The notes below the pieces were generated by a model. The model did not search any database and was not told the DNA's origin. It was given only the letters and a program-made list of their open reading frames with translations. This document shows positions 9,454 to 18,908 of a stretch of 58,027 bases of DNA, piece after piece. The stretch comes from a virus (lineage: Duplodnaviria > Caudoviricetes). The translations under genes and the position numbers were made by a program. The stretch is from positions 1 through 58,027 of the IMG/VR virus record IMGVR_UViG_3300033168_000202; one strand, 5' to 3'. Each line of letters begins with the position of its first letter. Position 1 is the stretch's first letter.

Positions 9454-10031
9454 CCCCCTCGACCCCCGCGGCGGCCGGCAAGGGGACGGCAGCCCCGGCC
9501 GTCGCGGGCCTCACCGTCGCCGTCTACGGACTCGACCTGTCCCTGACAGCGACCGGCATCGCCGGACCCGACGAGACGCTGGTGATCGTCCCCGGCAAGC
9601 GCAAGGGCATCGACCGGCTCCGGTGGATCGTCGACCAGGTCAGCCGCCTGCAGGACGAGTACGGCGATGAGCAGGTGTTCGTCGTCGAAGGCCCGTCGTA
9701 CGGCTCGGTCACGGGTTCCCAGCATGAGCGCGGCGGGCTGTGGTGGATGGTGTATGACCGCCTCGACCACATGGGTTGCCGGATCGCTGTCGCCCCTCCC
9801 GCCACGCTGAAGCGCTACGCGACAGGTCGCGGCAACGCTGGCAAGGCTGAGGTGATGTCGGCGGCGTGGCGACGCCTCGGCTACGAAGGCCACGACGACA
9901 ACGTCTCAGACGCCCTGTGGCTGCGGCAGATCGGCCTGGCACACATCGGCCACCCCGACGCGGTTGCGGTGCCTCAGCTTCACCAGGACGCCCTCGCAGG
10001 GGTCGCCTGGCCTGAGCAGGTGGCGGCATGA
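9450..10031 (+). CDS. RuvC-like Holliday junction resolvase
   Basis: GLDLSLTATG, VVEG, LKRYATGRGNAGK, DNVSDA. Confidence 0.9.
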   Translation: MTPSTPAAAGKGTAAPAVAGLTVAVYGLDLSLTATGIAGPDETLVIVPGKRKGIDRLRWIVDQVSRLQDEYGDEQVFVVEGPSYGSVTGSQHERGGLWWMVYDRLDHMGCRIAVAPPATLKRYATGRGNAGKAEVMSAAWRRLGYEGHDDNVSDALWLRQIGLAHIGHPDAVAVPQLHQDALAGVAWPEQVAA

Positions 10032-10843
10032 CCGGCCTCGGTGCGGAGCTGCCACCGATGGCCGACGGGCTGTGCGACGAACCCACCCTGCCGCTGCCGT
10101 ACTACTCCGACGGAACGGTCACGCTGTACCACGGCCGGATGCAGGACGTCGTCCCACTGCTCGACCCGGTCGACTTGATCTGCACGGACCCGCCGTACGG
10201 GGAGACGTCGCTCGAGTGGGACCGCTGGCCGTCAGGTTGGCCCGCCATCGTCGCACCGCTTGCGCGCTCAATGTGGTGCTTCGGCTCCATGCGGATGTTC
10301 CTCGACCACGTCCAAGAGTTCAACGGCTGGAAGTTCGCGCAGGACGTCGTTTGGCGCAAGCAGCAGGGAACCGGCCTGCAAGCCGATCGCTTCCGGCGTA
10401 TTCACGAGCACACATTGCACTTCTACCGCGGCGAGTGGTCTCAGCTGCACAGGCAGGTCCCTCGGGTGGTCACGAACAGCCGGGCCACCGTCATGCACCG
10501 CGATCCTGCTAGCTCGCCGACGCACCAAGCAGCGACACGGTCGGGCGGAACCTACGAGACCGGTGGAACCGCACTGGAGGTCAGCGTGCTCAACGTTCGC
10601 AATATGCATGGTCGTGCGTCTCACCCGACCGAAAAGCCGACCGGCATCCTCGAGCCGCTCATCGCCTACTCCTGCCGCCCGGGCGGCACCGTCCTCGACG
10701 TCTTCGCCGGCTCGGGCAGCACCCTGGATGCCGCCCGCAGGCTCGGCCGCAAAGCCATCGGCGTCGAAGCTGACGAGGGCTACTGCGAGGTCATCGCCAA
10801 CCGGATGCGTAGCGGCGTCCTCGACTTCGGCGGTGCCGCATGA
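10028..10843 (+). CDS. N6-adenine/N4-cytosine DNA methyltransferase, beta class
   Basis: TDPPY before HPTEKP and DVFAGSGS. Confidence 0.94.
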   Translation: MTGLGAELPPMADGLCDEPTLPLPYYSDGTVTLYHGRMQDVVPLLDPVDLICTDPPYGETSLEWDRWPSGWPAIVAPLARSMWCFGSMRMFLDHVQEFNGWKFAQDVVWRKQQGTGLQADRFRRIHEHTLHFYRGEWSQLHRQVPRVVTNSRATVMHRDPASSPTHQAATRSGGTYETGGTALEVSVLNVRNMHGRASHPTEKPTGILEPLIAYSCRPGGTVLDVFAGSGSTLDAARRLGRKAIGVEADEGYCEVIANRMRSGVLDFGGAA

Positions 10844-11167
10844 CCCTGCGCCGGATCGTCCCCTACGCCCAGGAGCACGCCGGCCGTCTCGTCAGACGTG
10901 CCGGAAAGGTGACGGCGTGAACCAGCGGGAGACAGCGTGCGTTCCTCGTCATCACCGACCGCGAGGTCTACCGCGTCACCGTGGAGGTCCTGTGAGCAAG
11001 CCGTCTGTCGTCTGCGACGCGTGCGGCATTGCTGCGTGCCGGGACGACCGGTTCGTGTGCGCCTTGGCCCGGGAAGCCGGCACCCGCATCTGCCGTCACC
11101 GGTCCGCCACCGATCAGGAGCGCGGCTGGGTCTGCGACGACTGCGGCGCCGACATGGAGAGCGACTG

Positions 11168-11458
11168 ATGGCTGGAACCGCGAACGTGAAGGCCTATCTG
11201 GCTGAGGTTCCGCAGGTCAAGTCCATGATCCGCGAACTCGCAGCCGAGTTGGAGCGGGTCACCGCTGACCGGGACGCCGCCCGCGACCTCGCGGTACGGC
11301 TCGAAGGAATGCTCGGCCGCGTCGAGGCCCTGTACCACGGTCCGCATTGGTGTCTCCGTGCGGCCGACGATGGCATGCGCTACTTCTACGGCGGCACCAT
11401 ACGGGAACTGCAAACCTGCCCTACCTGGCTCCTTGCTCATTACGGAGACGCGCTGTGA
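11168..11458 (+). CDS. Hypothetical protein with coiled coil
   Basis: TGATG coupling, GGAGA RBS. Confidence 0.6.
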   Translation: MAGTANVKAYLAEVPQVKSMIRELAAELERVTADRDAARDLAVRLEGMLGRVEALYHGPHWCLRAADDGMRYFYGGTIRELQTCPTWLLAHYGDAL

Positions 11459-12150
11459 ACCCAACGGCCGCGCTCCCCGCGGGCGACCGACTCTTGCGTT
11501 ACATCACCAAGACCGAGAGCGGCTGCTGGGAATGGCAACGGTGCAAGACGGCTTTCGGGTATGGCCGGATTGGCTACGGCGGGCGAGTGTGGACAACGCA
11601 TCGACTTGCCGCGGCCTGCTGGCTTGACTTCGACACATCCAGCGGGTTGCAGGTTCTCCACCACTGTGACAACCCACCTTGCATCAATCCCGAGCACCTG
11701 TTCATCGGCACGGCAGCCGACAACATGCAAGATTGCGCCGCTAAGAACCGGCTGGGTGGCGGCCGCAAATGGAGGACGCTTTACTGCCACCGCGGGCATT
11801 TCCTGGCTGGGGACAATCGCGCTGGGAAGTACGGCGCGTGCCGCACATGCAGAGATGCCTACCCCCGGCAGCCCAAAGAGCGTCGCGCCGAGCTGCGTTG
11901 GCAGCAGCAGCCGATAGTCCCTCTTGAGGTTGGGCAACTCTGGGATGACTGCGACCCGCGCAATGCTGGCCGACGGGTGCGGGTCGTAGAGGTAGGTGGC
12001 TCGCACGCTGTCGTCATCGCCGTCCGTTCCGCCGATGCGGCGCTCTCTCGGATTCCGAGGCGGGGACGCGTCGCTCTATGGCGATTTCGACCAGGGAGCG
12101 GCGGTTTTCGGTTAGTCGCGTACCGGCTCGCTCACGGGACCGATCAGTGA
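11455..12150 (+). CDS. HNH endonuclease with additional C-terminal domain
   Basis: GCWEW, GYG, HHCDNPPCINPEHL; CHRGH..CRTC zinc finger. Confidence 0.88.
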   Translation: MNPTAALPAGDRLLRYITKTESGCWEWQRCKTAFGYGRIGYGGRVWTTHRLAAACWLDFDTSSGLQVLHHCDNPPCINPEHLFIGTAADNMQDCAAKNRLGGGRKWRTLYCHRGHFLAGDNRAGKYGACRTCRDAYPRQPKERRAELRWQQQPIVPLEVGQLWDDCDPRNAGRRVRVVEVGGSHAVVIAVRSADAALSRIPRRGRVALWRFRPGSGGFRLVAYRLAHGTDQ

Positions 12151-12413
12151 CCGCCATATGTGGTGGTGTCGGTCGGCAGTACCGGCGCCGTGTCCGGTTC
12201 TGCCCGGTCGAGCTCCGCCGCCGTCGCTTCGCTGCCTTCTCGGACGACTGGTACGGCGCGACCTGGACTTGCCTCGGCTGCGGTGACAGGTGGACGGACG
12301 GCGAGATGCACGAGCGTCCGTTCCGCCCAGGGTGGCGTATGGCGAACGTGGCCGAAGCGAAGCGCACGTGGGCTCTGGCGGGGCGCTCCGCTGCCCATGA
12401 GGCCGTCGCATGA
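12147..12413 (+). CDS. Hypothetical zinc-ribbon protein
   Basis: WTCLGCGDRWTDGE; coupled overlaps. Confidence 0.65.
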   Translation: MTAICGGVGRQYRRRVRFCPVELRRRRFAAFSDDWYGATWTCLGCGDRWTDGEMHERPFRPGWRMANVAEAKRTWALAGRSAAHEAVA

Positions 12414-12497
12414 CCCGCCTGCGTATCCCCCGCGAGGACTGGCACCTGCCAGACGTCGCCGAGCAGCTTTGTGCGCCGCGCCGGGCGTCGTTAGTTC

Positions 12498-12519
12498 TGT
12501 CGGGACTTACAGGCATGGT
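12498..12519 (+). promoter_or_regulatory. Possible PafBC/RecA-NDp-type promoter
   Basis: TGTCGG-N10-CATGGT versus consensus TGTCGG-N10-TANNNT. Confidence 0.4.
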
Positions 12520-12809
12520 GCGGAAACAGTGGAGCCCCGAGGCGCTCGACACGCCCCGAGGCTCCTGGCACACCCAGGTAGGACTAGTACCCGAGAGGCC
12601 GTTATGAGCATAGGAACATCACCAGGGCCAGGACGCAACAGGGTCACGCCGCCCGCCCCACTGCTTCTCCCGATGCCGCTCGCTGTCGAGCTGGATGACT
12701 CCGAGTGGGCCATCCTGGCAGGCGAGTGCGGCTCGTGCTGCCGTCCTGTCGCAGAGTGCTGCGGTGGCTGTCAGGGCCGGTTCTGCCAGGTGTGCCGGGA
12801 CCGCCGCTG

Positions 12810-13640
12810 ATGGCCCCCGACGACCGGACCTACATCAAGCTCCACGACGGCATGGTGGAGCACCCGAAGACCGAGCAGGTAGGCGGCGACGCGGGCTGGC
12901 TCCACATCTGCGCCATGTCCTACTGCTCACGGTTCAGCACCGACGGCGCGTTCCCAGCCAGCAAGGTCGGACGGCTGTCGGACCGCAAGCAACCCGAGCG
13001 CCTCGCCACCCGGCTCCTGGCAGCCGGACTGTGGCACGCCCCCGGTCACACGTGCGAACGGTGCGTGCAGCCCGCTGAGGGCGAGTACGTGGTGCATGAC
13101 TACCTCGAGCACCAGAGGTCGGCGGGGGAGATCGCCACGCTCAGGGACAAGCGACGGGACGCCGGCCGGCGGGGAGGGACATCTACGGCAAACAGCAAGC
13201 CAGAGCCAAGCACAGCCGAAGCAAATGCTAAGCAAGTGCTTGAGCAAGAGTCGGAGCAGGAGCTAGAGCAAAGAGACGGCAAAACACAAGCAGTGTCAGT
13301 GTTAGAGGTTTTTCCTAACGGAAAAACACCGGCGGCTCCACCTCGGCCTGATGTTGATCAACTTTGCCAGACGCTCCGAGAAGCCATGATCGGCAACGGC
13401 TGCAAACCGCCACGGGTCGCCGCGTCCTGGCGGGAAGCCGCCCGGCTCCTGCTCGACAGCGACAAACGGCCTCTCGATGAGGCGATGCGTGTCCTGGCGT
13501 TCTCGCAGCAGGACCAGTTTTGGCGCGGAAACGTCCAGTCGATGCCGACGTTCCGCAAGCAGTACGACCGCATCCGCCTCAAGGCCGGCGTTGCCGTACG
13601 ACCAGCGGTCGACCGGCAGACGGCGTGGGCACGCCGATGA
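12810..13640 (+). CDS. Replication initiator (actinophage type)
   Basis: YIKLHDGMVEHPK N-term; DQFWRGNVQSMPTFRKQYD C-term; precedes helicase; internal A-rich repeats. Confidence 0.82.
   Translation: MAPDDRTYIKLHDGMVEHPKTEQVGGDAGWLHICAMSYCSRFSTDGAFPASKVGRLSDRKQPERLATRLLAAGLWHAPGHTCERCVQPAEGEYVVHDYLEHQRSAGEIATLRDKRRDAGRRGGTSTANSKPEPSTAEANAKQVLEQESEQELEQRDGKTQAVSVLEVFPNGKTPAAPPRPDVDQLCQTLREAMIGNGCKPPRVAASWREAARLLLDSDKRPLDEAMRVLAFSQQDQFWRGNVQSMPTFRKQYDRIRLKAGVAVRPAVDRQTAWARR
13194..13327 (+). repeat. Probable replication origin: phased AGCA repeats plus inverted repeat
   Basis: AGCA at 13194, 13209, 13220, 13231, 13243, 13255, 13267, 13289; GTTTTTCC-TAAC-GGAAAAAC at 13308-13327. Confidence 0.65.
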
Positions 13641-14908
13641 CCGCCGACATGCTCGACCCCGGACAGCTCGGCGCCGAAGCCGTCGCAGCCGAACGCAGCC
13701 TGCTCGGCGCGCTCCTGACCAGCCCGGACATCGCCGCCGACGTGTGGACCCTGATCGAGCCTGACCAGTTCTGGATGCCGCTGCATGCCACCCTCGCCGG
13801 CCTGATGCGCGACATGCACCGCGCACACCAGCCGGTCGACCTGACGACAGTCAACGGCGAATGCCAGCGCCGTGGGCTGATGAACCAGACGCAGAACGGC
13901 GTCTACCTGTTCACCCTGTTCGAGCAGGCGTTTGCCCCCCTCAACTGGAAGTCCTACGCCTCCGACGTCATCGCATCCCACCGTCGCAGGCGGCTGTTCA
14001 CGGCTGGGCAGCGCGCCTGCCAACAGGCGCTCAATCTCGGCACCGACGTGGACGTGTCGTCGCTGCTGCTGATGGAGGCAGCAGAGGACCTGGCGACCGA
14101 ACGGATGCGGAAGGGCGGCGTGCCGGCGCCGACCCTGGACGAGTTCCTAGCCCAACCCTCGGACTACGACTGGGTTGTCGAGGGACTGCTCGAGCGCGGC
14201 GACCGGCTGATGATCACGGGCGGGGAAGGGCTCGGCAAGTCGGAGCTGTGCCGCCAGTTCGCGGTCACCCTCGCCGCCGGCATCCACCCGTTCAACGGCC
14301 GGCCGATGAAGCCGCTCAAGGTCCTGTACGTCGACTGCGAGAACGGCACCCGGCACATGCGACGGCGGATGAAGCCGCTATGGCAGATCGCCATGCGCGC
14401 CAACCGCGACCCCGGCACACGGCTCCGGGTCCTGTCCCATCCGTCAGGCGTCGACCTGGTGAGGCCGGACGATCAGGCATTCCTGCTCGAGCAGGTGTCA
14501 CTCGCCGCACCCGATGTTCTCGTGGTAGGCCCGCTGTACCGGCTCTACACCGGCAGCGTCAACGACGAGGACGTAGCCCGTGCCGTGACGGTAGCGCTCG
14601 ATGCTGCCCGGGTGCGCGGAAACTGCGCCGTCGTGATCGAGGCGCACGCGCCGCACTCGGAGTCCGGTGGCGTGCGGGTCCTGCGTCCTCGTGGCTCGTC
14701 TTTGTGGATGGGCTGGCCTGAGTTCGGGATCGGTATCCGACCAGCGGTCGATGGCGACGTGCGGGTGATGGACGTGGAGCCGTGGCGCGGGGCCCGTGAC
14801 GAGCGGGACTTCCCGGAGGCGATCCGACGCGGCTGGGACGACGAGTGGCCGTGGGTCGCGACTTTGAGCGAAGTGAAGCAGGCAACCAGCTACAGGAAGT
14901 CCGCATGA
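13637..14908 (+). CDS. DnaB-like replicative helicase (DnaB N-term plus RecA-fold ATPase)
   Basis: AERSLLGALL, GGEGLGKS Walker A, VLYVDCEN. Confidence 0.9.
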   Translation: MTADMLDPGQLGAEAVAAERSLLGALLTSPDIAADVWTLIEPDQFWMPLHATLAGLMRDMHRAHQPVDLTTVNGECQRRGLMNQTQNGVYLFTLFEQAFAPLNWKSYASDVIASHRRRRLFTAGQRACQQALNLGTDVDVSSLLLMEAAEDLATERMRKGGVPAPTLDEFLAQPSDYDWVVEGLLERGDRLMITGGEGLGKSELCRQFAVTLAAGIHPFNGRPMKPLKVLYVDCENGTRHMRRRMKPLWQIAMRANRDPGTRLRVLSHPSGVDLVRPDDQAFLLEQVSLAAPDVLVVGPLYRLYTGSVNDEDVARAVTVALDAARVRGNCAVVIEAHAPHSESGGVRVLRPRGSSLWMGWPEFGIGIRPAVDGDVRVMDVEPWRGARDERDFPEAIRRGWDDEWPWVATLSEVKQATSYRKSA

Positions 14909-15100
14909 CCGACCATCGCAGCGCTACTGCTGCCGCCACCGTCGCCCACTGACTCGAGGAGCCCGCATGACCACCGATGTTGGCCATCACGAAACATGCA
15001 GGTCAGAGCGGGTGCGCGATGGACAAACCGGGGCTAACTGTCCCTGGTTGGCCAAGCATGAAACGAGCAGGGCGAGCAGTGCGATCCGGGCGGCGGCATC

Positions 15101-15484
15101 GTGAGCGCCCAGGTCGCCTGTCACATGCTCGGGGACTACGTTTTGCAATCGGACTGGATGGCGCAGGAGAAGACCGGCGCGCACTTGCCCGCAGCCGCGC
15201 ACGCCGTCACCTACGCGCTGCCGTTCCTGGCGCTCACCCGCAACCCGGGCAGGCTTGCCGTCATCGCCGGGACCCACTTCGTCATCGACCGATGGCGGCT
15301 GGCGCGCTACGTCGTGTGGGCGAAGAACCAGGCGGCGCCGAAGCGGTACCGCTACTTGATGCCAAGTGGTGGAACCGGTTACCACCCCGAGCGGGATGAG
15401 GCTCAGCCGTGGATGACCGTGTGGCTGATGATCGCGGCCGACAACGCGCTACACCTAGCGATCAACGCGGCGGTGCTGGCGTGA
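15101..15484 (+). CDS. DUF3307-like membrane protein
   Basis: HMLGDYVLQSDWMA, THFVIDRW, ADNALH. Confidence 0.82.
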   Translation: MSAQVACHMLGDYVLQSDWMAQEKTGAHLPAAAHAVTYALPFLALTRNPGRLAVIAGTHFVIDRWRLARYVVWAKNQAAPKRYRYLMPSGGTGYHPERDEAQPWMTVWLMIAADNALHLAINAAVLA

Positions 15485-16996
15485 CCTCCGTCCCGGGCAC
15501 TCCCTCCCCGTCTGCCGGGGTTGCAGCGCAGGGCACACCAGACGAAACGATGCGGGCAAGCGTCGCGCGGGCGTTGTACGGGCAGCGGCACGCCTTTCAG
15601 CACCCGCACACCCCGCCCAGCGTCGTCGCCGATATTCTCGCCGATGCCGTCCTGGCTGTGGTCCTGTCCCCCGAGCGGGACGAGCACGACGGCTGGGCTT
15701 GCACCGGCCACTTCCCCCGCAGCCGCTATCGCGTCGTCGCCACGGCTGACGGCTGGGACGTCTACACGCAGGACGAGCACGGGATGGTGGGGTCGTGAGC
15801 GCGCAGGTACCGGATGATGTCCGCGAGCTGCTGGGGCCGCCGGGCCATGCGGCTTACCTCGCCATGCTCATGGCGTCCGAGGACGGCCACCCGATCCGCG
15901 ACTGGCCGATGGAGATGCTGATCGTCGAGACGATCCTCACCGGCATGTGGCCCGCTCTGGCCGAGCGGGACGAGCAGCTACGCCAGCAGGGTCGCGAGCA
16001 GGAACGGGCAGCAGGATCACGCGCCGCCGCCTGTAATGCTGACCACCAGGGGAGCGCTTTGTACCGCTGCGACAAGGACCGTGACCACGGGGGGCTACAC
16101 CGCGACCGATTGGGGACGTGGGCGTGACCGTCCCCGCGCCTGACGTGCTCCGAGCCGAGATCGACCGGCGGCTCGCGGACAGCGCCGCTCGCGTTGCGTC
16201 AGCTCAGGCAGGCGACGGCTGGTGGCCGCAGGTCGCGGAAGTTGAGGAGGCCACCGTCGGCTATCTGACCGCCTTCCGCGCCATCCTCGACGAGCACGCC
16301 GACGAAGAGGGCTACTGCTTGCGCTGCGCCTACGGAGACGCTCACTGGCTCGACTGGCCCTGCCCTACCGTCCGTGCTGTCGCTGCCGCTCTGACCCGGG
16401 AGGACCAGTGAACGTGCGACCCTTTCTGCGACGACGCAAGCATCAGCACGCCCGGCGCCCCGACCGGCTCTACCTGTTCGGTGTCTGCGCCTGCGGCTAC
16501 GTCTTCACCGAGCCTCACCCCTCGCAGGTGGCGCAGTGAGGCACACGTACCACGTCATCAGCCGTGTCGTCATCGCCAGTTTTGCGGGTGCTGTGGCTGC
16601 CGGCTGGGCGGCGTGGCGCTGGCAGGACGCGCTGTCCGTGGTGCTCGGCCCGTGACAGGCCGCCGCGACATCACCGCCGCCAGCCTGACCTGCACCTGCC
16701 CCGCCTGCCCCGGTGCCGACGGAACCACCGCACGCCTCTCAGCCATCCTCCTGCGTGTCCTCACCGCCGCCCACGCCCAAGACTTCGACGAGCTCGACGC
16801 CGCCCTCACCGAAGCCGAACACTTCCTCGACGCCGAACGCAGCCGCCGCGAACAGCAGACCGCAGCCCTCGACCAGGCGCTCGCCGCCGGCACCCTGCCC
16901 GCCGAACCCCGCACCATCGGCTGGTCCGGGCCGTCGCTGTACCCCGAACCCATCCACACCGCCCACCAGACAGCGTGGACACGCGACGGTCGTTAG
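15481..16996 (+). other. Run of short coupled hypothetical genes (15481-15798, 15795-16127, 16124-16411, 16408-16539, 16536-16655, 16652-16996)
   Basis: Successive GTGA overlaps and codon bias. Confidence 0.6.
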
Positions 16997-17059
16997 GTGC
17001 ATGTCGCCACTCACTCGTGCATGATAGGAGCGCACAGACTCGACCCGAAGGAGTCCGCT

Positions 17060-17251
17060 ATGGCCGACCAGCCGAAGCCGGAATGGGACATCTCGACGCA
17101 CGGCGTGCCCCACCCCGACATCGCCCCTGCCTACCAGGTCGTCGACAGCCGCGAGAACGGCCAGCCGCTCAAGGCCAAGGCCCTCGCCGACGCCACGCCC
17201 GACAGCCCGCAGCCCGGCGCCACCGGCCAGGCGACCCCCGCCGGCGCCTGA
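17060..17251 (+). CDS. Small hypothetical protein
   Basis: AAGGAG RBS; CATGAT -10-like hexamer at about 17020. Confidence 0.7.
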   Translation: MADQPKPEWDISTHGVPHPDIAPAYQVVDSRENGQPLKAKALADATPDSPQPGATGQATPAGA

Positions 17252-17271
17252 CCCGTTTCCCGCTCCAACAG

Positions 17272-17808
17272 ATGACGCGCCAACAGCCCCGGCGGCAACG
17301 CCCGGTGACGCTCGCCTCGCAGCGGGACAAGGAGCACCAGGCAGTCCAGCGGGCATTGGCGGGCGACTCTTACGAGCAGATCGCCGCAGCGGTCGGCTAC
17401 ACGAACCGCGGCACCGCCTACACCGCCGTCCGCAGGGTGCTCGAGCGCCGTGAGGTGGAGGACGCCGCGCAGCTCCGGACACTGGAGGGCGCCCGCCTCG
17501 ACCGGCTGCAGGCGGCTCACTGGGACCTGGCCCTCGCCGGTGACCCGAAGGCCGCGACCGTCGTCCTACGAATCTTCGAGCGCCGGGCGAAGCTGTTCGG
17601 TTTGGACGCCCCGGTGCAGCATGTGATGGCCGAGGGGGAGGGTGTGCAGCCCTCAGCGGAGCAGGTGCAGACGTTGCGGGACCTGCTGGCCGCCGAGCAG
17701 ACGTCGGCTGATGGTGAGGGGCCGTCGATTTTGCCGTCGGAGGTGGAGACGGGGCAGATGGCGAAGACGCTGCATCTCAAGCTCCGGGACCGGCAGCGAG
17801 CCGTCTGA
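17272..17808 (+). CDS. terS: Probable terminase small subunit (HTH)
   Basis: SYEQIAAAVGY HTH; RLDRLQAAHW..RRAKLFGLDAP typical of actinophage TerS. Confidence 0.75.
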   Translation: MTRQQPRRQRPVTLASQRDKEHQAVQRALAGDSYEQIAAAVGYTNRGTAYTAVRRVLERREVEDAAQLRTLEGARLDRLQAAHWDLALAGDPKAATVVLRIFERRAKLFGLDAPVQHVMAEGEGVQPSAEQVQTLRDLLAAEQTSADGEGPSILPSEVETGQMAKTLHLKLRDRQRAV

Positions 17809-17816
17809 TGGCGCCA

Positions 17817-18145
17817 TGAGCATCGACATGGACGTCTTGGCCGCGTCTGTAGAGCGGTCGAGATGCGGTGAGTCAGGTTACGAGCCGATGGCGCTGCACT
17901 CCTCCCAGCGCCACAACCGGGATCACCTCACGGTGCCGATCACGTACGAGGACTGCTACCTAGGGTTGACCGCCCATGGCGGGGGTCGCTGCCGCTGCAT
18001 TGCGGGCGGGATCCAATGCTGCGCCGAGTCGTCGACGGCTGCGTGTTCCCACTGCGTACGGTTCTGCCCGGTCGATGACTACCCCGAGGCTGCCGCCGCA
18101 AGGTCGACGCGGGTGGTCACGGTTCCGACAGGGCGAGCCGTCTGA
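17817..18145 (+). CDS. Cys-rich hypothetical protein
   Basis: Open frame between coupled stops; flanked by 15-bp direct repeat. Confidence 0.45.
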
Positions 18146-18549
18146 TGCCCGAGGCGCAGGCCAGGCCAGGTCCGGGTCGGCTGCTGAACTTCAAAGCCGA
18201 CGACCAGACCCGCGCCTACCTGCTCCGCGCCTTCGAAGTGTCCGGCACCCGGTCGTTCTCCGAGTGGGCACGGTCGGCGTTGATCGTCGCAGCGACCCGT
18301 GAGCTGAAGCTGGCCGATGAGGCGCAGCGCCAGTCGGATGCGGTGTCGACGATCAGCGAGGCGAAGGCCCGTGCTGCGGAGCATGCGCAGCGCACCTTGG
18401 GCCGGACCGCGACGCATACAGCCGACTGTGTTCATCCGATTACCGCCCGCCGGCTGTTGCCGTTCGAGGATCGGTGCGGGCTGTGCGGGGTGCTGATTCG
18501 CTCCAAGTTGGGGACGCAGGCGGGGGCATTGCGCCGGGGTGTGGCGTGA
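18145..18549 (+). CDS. Ribbon-helix-helix-like DNA-binding protein with C-terminal zinc site
   Basis: RLLNFKAD..SFSEWARSAL; CVH..CGLC. Confidence 0.55.
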   Translation: MPEAQARPGPGRLLNFKADDQTRAYLLRAFEVSGTRSFSEWARSALIVAATRELKLADEAQRQSDAVSTISEAKARAAEHAQRTLGRTATHTADCVHPITARRLLPFEDRCGLCGVLIRSKLGTQAGALRRGVA

Positions 18550-18908
18550 CCTGCACGGCCGTCGGCTGCGACTCGCCGGTGCTGGCACGGGGCGGCTGCC
18601 ACGCGCACTACGCGGCGTGGTACCGCGCCGGCACGTTGGACGAGCATCCGCGGGTACGCCTCCCGTCGGGCGGTGAGTGCGCGGTCGAGGACTGCACGAA
18701 GGCGGCATACGGCCGGGGCTGGTGCCGGGGGCATCACGCCCGCTGGTATCAGCACGGCGACGTTGACTCGGCCCGCCCGTTGGGACGCCCTGAGCCGGGG
18801 CACGGGACGGATAGTCGCTACTCCTACCGCAAGTGCCGCTGCGAGCCCTGCACGGCAGCGCACCGTGCCTATCAGGCTGACTACCGGGCTCGGCAGCAAG
18901 CAGCGTGA
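18546..18908 (+). CDS. Zinc-finger repeat protein
   Basis: Two C-x4-C..RGxC..H..WY repeats plus HGT..Y..CRCEPC. Confidence 0.7.
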   Translation: MTCTAVGCDSPVLARGGCHAHYAAWYRAGTLDEHPRVRLPSGGECAVEDCTKAAYGRGWCRGHHARWYQHGDVDSARPLGRPEPGHGTDSRYSYRKCRCEPCTAAHRAYQADYRARQQAA

